NCBI GenBank assembly: GCA_963743885.1
Contig: CAVURJ010000002.1
Span: forward strand, 1-34,720
Source of the DNA: Candidatus Moraniibacteriota bacterium
Lineage (GTDB): Bacteria > Patescibacteriota > Minisyncoccia > Moranbacterales > UBA1568
Length of the DNA: 34,720 nucleotides
Direction: 5' to 3'
The notes under the pieces are model-generated. The model saw nothing but the letters and a program-made list of their open reading frames with translations. It did no database searches and was not told the DNA's origin. Numbering within the stretch: the stretch's first letter is position 1; each line of letters begins with the position of its first letter. Both the position numbers and the translations under genes were made by a program. Below, in pieces: positions 25,375 through 31,463 of this stretch.

Positions 25375-25481
25375 CGGACTTGAGCGGACTAATGCGGACA
25401 GAGCTGTTTCTGGACCCATAATTCTGGTATTATTATAGGGTGCGGGTCCGTATGGGTCTGCGTATAGTCTGTGTAAGTCTG
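25375..25481. promoter_or_regulatory. Phased pentamer arrays flanking an extended -10-like box
   Basis: CGGAC occurs at 25375, 25385 and 25395 (exact 10-bp phase). TGgTATTAT lies at 25425-25433. GTCCG/GTCTG occur at 25446, 25456, 25467 and 25477. Confidence 0.4.
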
Positions 25482-25486
25482 TGCAT

Positions 25487-26206
25487 ATGAAAAAGCAAAA
25501 GATAGCCATTTTCGATATCGACGGAACGATCTTTCGTAAGAATCTTCATTTTGAGCTCATCAACGAGTTGTCGTGGATGAAGATATTCCCGCACAGCATC
25601 CGTGCTCGGCTCACAGAAGTCTATTCGAATTGGACTGAGCATGAGGGGACGTACGAGGATTATCGCAAGGCGCTCGTCGAGCTCTATGCTGAGCATATCA
25701 AAGGTTGTTCCAAGGAAGATGTCATCAAGGCGAGCAAGATCGTTATTCCGTTCCATGCCAAGCGGACCTACATTTTCGCTGAGCAGCTTATCAAGAAGCT
25801 CCGGAAGGAGGGGTATCATCTGATCGCGGTCTCCGGGTCACCGATCGAGATTGTTGAGGAATACAATCGGCATTATCTGAAGTTCGACCACGCGTTCGGC
25901 AGCGTTTATGAGCTGGATGACACGGATCATTACACTGGAGGAGCGACCTTTGAGCCATCCAAGAACAAGGGACATCTGGTGAAGCAGTATGTCTATGAGC
26001 ATGGACTGTCGCTCGAGGGGTCGTACGGTATCGGTGATACGGAATCTGATATCAGCTTCCTCAAGGTCGTGGAGAATCCGATAGCCTTCAATCCGAATCA
26101 GGGCCTCAAGGCGGCGGCGGTGGAGGGAGGATGGAAGGTAGTAGTGGAAAAGAAGGACGTGATCTATGAAATCACACCAGAATGTTTCTTAACGCCGAAA
26201 ATCTGA
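25487..26206 (+). CDS. HAD-superfamily hydrolase (subfamily IB, SerB-like)
   Basis: HAD motifs are present: IAIFDIDGTIF, AVSGSP and GIGDTESDISFL. Confidence 0.75.
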   Translation: MKKQKIAIFDIDGTIFRKNLHFELINELSWMKIFPHSIRARLTEVYSNWTEHEGTYEDYRKALVELYAEHIKGCSKEDVIKASKIVIPFHAKRTYIFAEQLIKKLRKEGYHLIAVSGSPIEIVEEYNRHYLKFDHAFGSVYELDDTDHYTGGATFEPSKNKGHLVKQYVYEHGLSLEGSYGIGDTESDISFLKVVENPIAFNPNQGLKAAAVEGGWKVVVEKKDVIYEITPECFLTPKI

Positions 26207-26213
26207 GAGTATG

Positions 26214-26338
26214 CCCGGTAGTAGAACTTCAAAGACATATAGGAAGTTTGAGGCTGGAGGGAAATGGGTATATGGTGTATAAGAACCAACCAAAGAACAA
26301 GAATCAGTTAAGATAACATTTGAAGTTTCACTACCGGG
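26214..26338. repeat. Long-range inverted repeat (20-nt arms, about 85-nt spacer)
   Basis: The arm cccggtagtagaacttcaaa (26214-26233) is inverted relative to tttgaagtttcactaccggg (26319-26338). Confidence 0.75.
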
Positions 26339-26339
26339 T

Positions 26340-26453
26340 ATGGATCTGAACAAATTTTTCGATAATTTCCTCAAGAAGACGCTGTGGATCTGGCTGCCGT
26401 TCTATGCGTTTTTCCGCCTGATCCGTGAGGCTGGCGAGAAGATCGGAAAGTAG
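26340..26453 (+). CDS. Possible 37-aa small membrane protein
   Basis: The ORF is ATG..TAG and encodes MDLNKFFDNFLKKTLWIWLPFYAFFRLIREAGEKIGK, with a hydrophobic core. It ends 6 nt before the vanZ-like gene. It is too short to appear in the ORF track. Confidence 0.3.
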   Translation: MDLNKFFDNFLKKTLWIWLPFYAFFRLIREAGEKIGK

Positions 26454-26459
26454 CTTCTT

Positions 26460-26870
26460 ATGATAGCCCTAAAACCAGCAACACAATCCCTGCTCGTAGC
26501 TCTCCTCCCGCTCCTTCTCTGGATGGGAGTGATTTTTTTCTTCTCATCGCTTCCGGGATCGGGAGCTGATTTTGAACCGCCGCTCTGGTATGTGCTTGAG
26601 CGCAAGAGTGCCCATGTCTTCGAATACGCCGTGCTCATGCTGCTCATGTTCCGTTTTGTTCGGAGGGCTTTTCCTCGGGATGTCTTTCTGGGATGGCTCT
26701 CACTTTCTATGGTGTGTTCGCTCGCGTATGCTGCGACCGATGAGCTGCATCAGTTCTTCGTTTTCGGCCGTGGTGCCAAAATGACGGATGTGGCGATAGA
26801 TGGGATAGGGATTATCTTTATGGTTGTCGGGTTGCTTGTTTTTAGAAAGTGGAATGGAAAGAAGGGTTAA
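26460..26870 (+). CDS. VanZ-like family membrane protein
   Basis: Motifs typical of VanZ-like proteins are present: KSAHVFEYAVL and ATDELHQFFV. Confidence 0.7.
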   Translation: MIALKPATQSLLVALLPLLLWMGVIFFFSSLPGSGADFEPPLWYVLERKSAHVFEYAVLMLLMFRFVRRAFPRDVFLGWLSLSMVCSLAYAATDELHQFFVFGRGAKMTDVAIDGIGIIFMVVGLLVFRKWNGKKG

Positions 26871-26970
26871 TATAAAATATCAAATACTAAATATTAAATG
26901 AATACTGAAATATCCGAATATATTGAAGAATTGGTATTGGTTTGATATTTGATATTGGATATTGGGTATT
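26871..26970. repeat. AT-rich palindromic intergenic element, copy d (divergent type)
   Basis: The arm aaatatcaaatactaaatatt...atatccgaatat opposes ggtattggtttgatatttgatattggatatt. Confidence 0.5.
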
Positions 26971-26971
26971 A

Positions 26972-26999
26972 AAAAACTCCCGCCGAGGCGGGAGTTTTT
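26972..26999. terminator. Bidirectional terminator between the vanZ-like gene and rplT
   Basis: The hairpin is aaaaactcccgcc-gag-gcgggagttttt. Confidence 0.75.
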
Positions 27000-27000
27000 G

Positions 27001-27345
27001 CTATTTGATTGCTTCGACGAACTTCGCGAAGACTTCCGGATTTTCCACTGCCATCTCGGAGAGCACTTTGCGGTCGAGAGCGATGTTCTTCTTCGCTTCG
27101 AGGGCGATGAAGTCGCTGTAACGGACGCTATGCTGGCGGAGGGCGGTGTTGAGGCGGGTGATGAAGAGGCGGCGGAAGGAGCGCTTCTTGGCGCGGCGAT
27201 CGCGGTGGGCGTACTTACCGGCCTTGATCACGGCCTCCTTGGCCTTGGTGAAGAGGTTCTTGCGACCCCAGCGGAAGCCCTTAGCGGCCTTCAGGATATT
27301 CTTGTGGCGCTTCTTGGTCATCACGCCGCGTTTGACTCTGGACAT
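27001..27345 (-). CDS. rplT: 50S ribosomal protein L20
   Basis: The protein begins MSRVKRGVMTKKRHKNILKAAKGFRWGR..., as expected for L20. Confidence 0.95.
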   Translation of the reverse strand: MSRVKRGVMTKKRHKNILKAAKGFRWGRKNLFTKAKEAVIKAGKYAHRDRRAKKRSFRRLFITRLNTALRQHSVRYSDFIALEAKKNIALDRKVLSEMAVENPEVFAKFVEAIK

Positions 27346-27453
27346 ATGGAGTAGTGGGTTATGGTGTATGAGTTACGATGTATGAGAAACGAATCTGAGA
27401 AATGAGCGGTGTAACGGGGGAGCGCTCATGTCCCATGACTCGTGCCTCTTACC

Positions 27454-27654
27454 TCATTCTTTATGCGTTGAGCGCCTTTTGAGGTTCTTTTCGACGGCCG
27501 GGTATACGCTCTGGTCGAGACGCTTGGCACGGGTCGCCTTGCCGGTATCGCGCGTATTGTAGTGATTGTGGCCGGTCGAGCGGACTTTCAGCTTGCCGCT
27601 GCCGGTCACCTTCACTTTCTTCGATATCGACTTCTTTGTCTTCTGCTTCGGCAT
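27454..27654 (-). CDS. rpmI: 50S ribosomal protein L35
   Basis: The protein begins MPKQKTKKSISKKVKVTGSGKLKVRSTGHNH, as expected for L35. Confidence 0.9.
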   Translation of the reverse strand: MPKQKTKKSISKKVKVTGSGKLKVRSTGHNHYNTRDTGKATRAKRLDQSVYPAVEKNLKRRSTHKE

Positions 27655-27696
27655 ATCTTTGGGATGATGTGTGGATTATGAGATCTGGCACCCTGC

Positions 27697-28193
27697 TTAT
27701 TCCGGGACGATCGTGGCGTTGAAACCTCTCGGTCCGCGCTTCACGGCTTCTTCGAAACGATGTGGGATAGCGAGGCTTTCTACGAACTGCGAGGAGATTC
27801 TCTCGTGCCTTGTCCTGCATCGCTTTCTCTCGTCCGCGGAGGAGGATTTCCACCTGGACCTTGTGGCCCTTCCCGAGGAACTTTTCAGCCTGGGTCTTCT
27901 TGAAGAGGAGGTCATGTTTGTCAGTGCGGAAGCCGATGCGGATGCCCTTGGTCTCGACTTTCTTCTGCTTGGCCTTCTGCTGCTGCTCCTGCTTCGCCTG
28001 CTTGTACTGGAGCTTGCCGTAGTCAGTGACCTTGCAGACCGGCGGGACAGCGAGTGGGGAGACTTCGACGAGGTCGGCTTCCTGCTCCCGGGCCAGACGC
28101 GATAGCGGCCGCAGTATCCATGAGGCCGCGGTTCTCGTTATTCAGGTCGATGACCATCACTTGCGGGGCGAGGATCTGCTCGTTGATCCGCAA
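27697..28193 (-). pseudogene. infC: Translation initiation factor IF-3, interrupted by two single-base frame changes; putative TTG start
   Basis: IF-3 blocks lie in three minus-strand frames. These are (M)RINEQILAPQVMVIDLNNENRGLMDTAAAI; then LAREQEADLVEVSPLAVPPVCKVTDYGK...KGHKVQVEILLRGREKAMQDKARENLL; then QFVESLAIPHRFEEAVKRGPRGFNATIVPE followed by a stop. The gene is in the canonical infC-rpmI-rplT order. Confidence 0.8.
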
Positions 28194-28259
28194 GCGGTCC
28201 TTGACCTGTACCTTTCGGTTTCGGCCGGTTGTGTCGTCTTCGTCTCATTGTATTATAGC

Positions 28260-28335
28260 GATCCGAATATTACGGATTAACATCCGAATGCCACGAATTT
28301 CCCCTCATTCGGGTAATTCGGATTCAATTCGGATC
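28260..28335. repeat. Inverted cluster of ATCCGAAT / ATTCGGAT octamers
   Basis: The sequence is gatccgaatattacggattaacatccgaatg ... cattcgggtaattcggattcaattcggatc. It lies between the tmRNA 3' end and a TATAAT (minus strand, 28257-28252) upstream of infC. Confidence 0.7.
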
Positions 28336-28346
28336 ATTCGTATCGA

Positions 28347-28744
28347 TGTGGAGTTGATGGGAATCGCACCCATGTCCAGAGAAGTTTTTCCAAAATAGTC
28401 TACAAGCTTAGTGTCGCTTGGTGTGAAAAGGAAGGGTAGAAGCGGACGAAATCCCTTGCTAGTCGGTTCTTCTGCAACAGTGGTCGGAAATGAAGAAGAG
28501 GAAGATTCCCGGGCCGTCTCGATAGTATGACACCGGAGGACCCGTATCGAGAATAGGGGGTCCGATGGCTCAGGCGATTAAGCGAGAGCAGGGGCGAAAG
28601 ACGGAGCAAACGCTTGCGCGAATGCGTTCTTGGCCTTAGTGATGAAGTTTGCAGTTATCATCGTGGGAACGAGTTTTACGATCATGTTCCCGAGATCGGC
28701 TTGCGTATTTTGAAAGTACAACCTGTCGAATCTAGACAACCCCC
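28347..28744 (-). ncRNA. ssrA: tmRNA (SsrA)
   Basis: The minus strand begins GGGGGTTGTCTAGATTCGACAGG. It contains CTAAGCTTGTAGAC and ends GGACATGGGTGCGATTCCCATCAACTCCACA. The acceptor pairing GGGGTTG/CAACTCC includes G3:U70. The tag ORF GCA AAC ... GCT TAA (28652..28578) encodes ANFITKAKNAFAQAFAPSFAPALA. The gene lies directly downstream of smpB. Confidence 0.88.
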
Positions 28745-28828
28745 GCCCGTGACGCTTCGTAGAAGGGTCGCGGGCGGCAGTGGTCTAATGGTTTTTTGAG
28801 GTACGCTTCTGAAAAACGGCGGGAATGA

Positions 28829-28943
28829 CCAATTTCCAAATCCCAATTTCCAAATAATTTCTAATGTCCGAATATCCAAGTTTCAAATATTGGAATTTTG
28901 GACCTTGATGATTATTTGTATCTTGTGACTTGTCACTTGGTGC
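28829..28943. repeat. AT-rich palindromic intergenic repeat, copy e
   Basis: The sequence is ccaatttccaaatcccaatttccaaataattt...caaatattggaattttgg...cacttggtgct. Its right end abuts the smpB stop codon. Confidence 0.7.
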
Positions 28944-29390
28944 TTACGAAGTTTTCATGGCGCGTTCGATCCTGCGTTTCGCTTCGCGCTTACCGATATC
29001 GGACCGCTTATCGAAAGCCTTTTTTCCTTTGCCGACGGCAAATTCCAACTTCACGAGTTGCTTCTTAGTATACAACCGGATAGGGACCAATGTCAAGCCC
29101 TCTGTGCGCGATTTTCCAATCAGGGAGCGGATTTCCCCTCTGCGGAGGAGGAGCTTCCTCGATCGTGTGTCGTCGTGCTTGGTATCCTTGTGGGCATGTT
29201 GGTAGCGGGGGATGAGAGCGTTGGTCAGGTAGAGTTCACTTCCTTTGACGGTCACGAAGGCTCCTTTGAGGCTCGCATGGCCGGTTTTGAGCGATTTCAC
29301 TTCCGATCCAGTCAATACTAAGCCGGCCTCATACCGGTCGGAGAGGGCGTAATCAAAACTTGCTCGCTTGTTGGTGGCTATCGTAGGCAT
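28944..29390 (-). CDS. smpB: SsrA-binding protein SmpB
   Basis: SmpB motifs are present: NKRASFDY, YEAGLVLTGSEVKS, RSRKLLL and LVPIRLY. I placed the start at ATG 29390 (MPTIATNK). Confidence 0.9.
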   Translation of the reverse strand: MPTIATNKRASFDYALSDRYEAGLVLTGSEVKSLKTGHASLKGAFVTVKGSELYLTNALIPRYQHAHKDTKHDDTRSRKLLLRRGEIRSLIGKSRTEGLTLVPIRLYTKKQLVKLEFAVGKGKKAFDKRSDIGKREAKRRIERAMKTS

Positions 29391-29508
29391 GCTCTGACTA
29401 TGCCATATATGGCTTGAAAAAGCAACTTTTCCGTAATTATGGGCTTGCGCCACCGTGGGATACTTGTTACATTTGACTATCGTTCTTTCACATCAGAGGA
29501 GAGTCATC

Positions 29509-30486
29509 ATGCCATCGGGAAAAGATGTTCCTCGGGCGGTGACGCTCGAGAAGCTGGATCGTGACGGTAGGAACCTACTCGAGTATGCTCGATTTGCCAT
29601 CGTATTCATCGACGGGAAGCCACAGTTGATCGACAACGGATTCCGCCGCAAGGATGGATTGCCATATGCCAAGCTGGTCGCCGTGCTCGCTCCCTGCGAA
29701 TATGACGGTAAGCTGATACCACATGCGGATGTACTCGAGATCGGGTATTCCCGTACCCGGCCGTATACACAGATCGAAAGCAGATCATATATCGGCGGAA
29801 ACGGGACGCCCAAGTGGTTCATCAAGGGGCGTCTCCGTAGCAGGAAGATCACCGATGGAGAGTTGGTCCTCGCGTACCCGATCATCCTGAAGTGCATGGC
29901 TGAGATTGTGCTCGAGTGCCGTGAGTCGTGGAATACGAAAGGAACCTGGTGGGTTGATGGTGCTTGCGGAGTCGAACGTGGTATTTACTTCACGTTCAGC
30001 AAATCCGATCAGTCGCTTTATCGCCAGATGCTTGTCGAGGATATCCGCTATCGGCGGATGAAGTACATCGGTTGGCATGCGTCGTGCGTCGATCTTTGGT
30101 TGAAAGGCTATCGATGGGTGCATTATCCCAAGGAGAAGCTGAAGAGCCTTTCCGGTGCGCAGAAAGTCGCTGAGCTGTTCGGGCGGTATGACAATCCGTT
30201 CTATCGACAGGTGTTGCTTCGCTCGCTTGGCAAGGGAACGAAGGTTCGGGAACTTGCGGAGTTGATCGGCGAGGCATTCAGTCTCGGTCTCAATCAGGAA
30301 ACTGATGAGTCGAAGCTCGTGTGGGGGAACAGCCCGAAAGGCCGTCTGCCGCGCATGACCGCGACGCATTGTTATAGGGTTCCACATCAGCCGAAAGGCC
30401 GTCCAGGCAATCATGCAAGTGGTTGCGCCATATTTGAAGTCATCCTTGAAAGGAGCTATCGTGCTCAGTACGAAATCCCGTTCTGA
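29509..30486 (+). CDS. Hypothetical protein (325 aa), first gene of an overlapping pair
   Basis: ATG 29509 is preceded by GAGGAGAG. I recognise no family motif. A possible HTH-like segment is GTKVRELAELIGEAF. Confidence 0.6.
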   Translation: MPSGKDVPRAVTLEKLDRDGRNLLEYARFAIVFIDGKPQLIDNGFRRKDGLPYAKLVAVLAPCEYDGKLIPHADVLEIGYSRTRPYTQIESRSYIGGNGTPKWFIKGRLRSRKITDGELVLAYPIILKCMAEIVLECRESWNTKGTWWVDGACGVERGIYFTFSKSDQSLYRQMLVEDIRYRRMKYIGWHASCVDLWLKGYRWVHYPKEKLKSLSGAQKVAELFGRYDNPFYRQVLLRSLGKGTKVRELAELIGEAFSLGLNQETDESKLVWGNSPKGRLPRMTATHCYRVPHQPKGRPGNHASGCAIFEVILERSYRAQYEIPF

Positions 30487-31417
30487 AATTGTCGTCGATA
30501 AGGAGCGGGCCAGGGAAGTCCTCGGCACGCTCTACGGTACATACATGCGGGACGGGGGACTGTTCCGGTATGTGAACCGCCATGAACATGCGCCGCAGAG
30601 GAAGCATTTTCCGCCAGGCGTGAAAGTCGCAAGTCTCGGCCATCGGCGCTGGCTTTACCCTACTGTCATGACGGACCGTCGGGAAGTGAGCGAACAGGTG
30701 TATGCAAGCCATGAGCACCTTGCCGCAAGGTATCCGGAGCTGTATACGGGGGACGTCCTCAGGATGGCGCCGAGTGAGATTGAGGTGCTCCTTAGAAAAG
30801 AGCGCGTCGGATCACCAGGACAATCGGCCAAGTACTGGCCGCGTTGCGTTGAGACGCTGTTCGGTGAGTTCGGTGGCGATCCACTCCATCTGTATTGGGA
30901 GGGCAGTATCGATGCATTGCTCCGGTTCAAGCGGAGCAGGAAGATGGATCCGCTGCCTGGATTCGGTCCCAAGATCCTCTCACTCCTCTCTTTGTTTTTC
31001 GAAGAGCTCGGGCTGATGAAGATGCCGCCGGATGCTTTTCCGGTCGACGTCCATGTGCAGCGCTTCGCGATCTCTACGGGCATCATCAGATGCACGGGGA
31101 ATGTCGTGAATGAGCATGTGGAGCAAGTACTGCGGAAGCTTCTGTGCGGATTCTGTCTCGAAGAAGGATGGTCGCCGCTTGAATTGTCGCACGCGATCTG
31201 GTTCCTCGGGAATCGTCTCTGCAGTGGTTGCTATCGCAATAAGACTGTGCCGATGCTTTGCCCTGTGCATGGCCAGTGTGGCGGAAGCATCTCGACCCTC
31301 AAGTACTTCAAGAAGGGTCTTTGGGATTTCGATGCTCCGCGGCATCGCAAGGGTGGAGAACTGAAATTTGTCGCTGATTTGAGCGATGCGCCTTTGTTCA
31401 CTATTACCGGCGGCTGA
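30461..31417 (+). CDS. HhH-GPD superfamily DNA-glycosylase-like protein with an atypical 4-Cys cluster
   Basis: The GTG start at 30461 follows GGAG and overlaps the upstream gene by 26 nt. LPGFGPKILSL (HhH with Lys) and FPVDVHVQRF (Asp) resemble the EndoIII catalytic layout. The Cys spacing CSGC-x9-C-x5-C differs from the C-x6-C-x2-C-x5-C of EndoIII/MutY. Confidence 0.6.
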   Translation: MLSTKSRSEIVVDKERAREVLGTLYGTYMRDGGLFRYVNRHEHAPQRKHFPPGVKVASLGHRRWLYPTVMTDRREVSEQVYASHEHLAARYPELYTGDVLRMAPSEIEVLLRKERVGSPGQSAKYWPRCVETLFGEFGGDPLHLYWEGSIDALLRFKRSRKMDPLPGFGPKILSLLSLFFEELGLMKMPPDAFPVDVHVQRFAISTGIIRCTGNVVNEHVEQVLRKLLCGFCLEEGWSPLELSHAIWFLGNRLCSGCYRNKTVPMLCPVHGQCGGSISTLKYFKKGLWDFDAPRHRKGGELKFVADLSDAPLFTITGG

Positions 31418-31438
31418 CAGTGTCAGCCCCGGTTTTTT
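31412..31438 (+). terminator. Rho-independent terminator overlapping the stop codon
   Basis: The hairpin ggctgac-agt-gtcagcc is followed by ccggtttttt. Confidence 0.7.
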
Positions 31439-31463
31439 CTTTGCTTTTTGGCTTTTTTGGGCT

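Noticed and set aside
27346-27453. The 108-nt rpmI-rplT spacer with a hairpin (atgagcg...cgctcat) as an L20-binding regulatory leader.
   Set aside because: Known L20 autoregulatory structures lie upstream of infC or rpmI, not between rpmI and rplT. A single hairpin is weak evidence.
28104-28116. The GCGGCCGC (NotI) octamer next to the first infC frame break as a sign of engineered sequence.
   Set aside because: This is a single occurrence of an 8-mer in GC-moderate coding DNA and is compatible with chance. No vector-like sequence is nearby.
28400-28799. ORFs 28400..28609 (-) and 28614..28799 (+) as protein genes.
   Set aside because: Both lie entirely within the tmRNA gene.
7811-28943. The AT-rich repeats as a CRISPR array.
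   Set aside because: The copies are dispersed between genes, are 100-140 bp long and internally palindromic, and are not separated by regular unique spacers. No cas genes are present.
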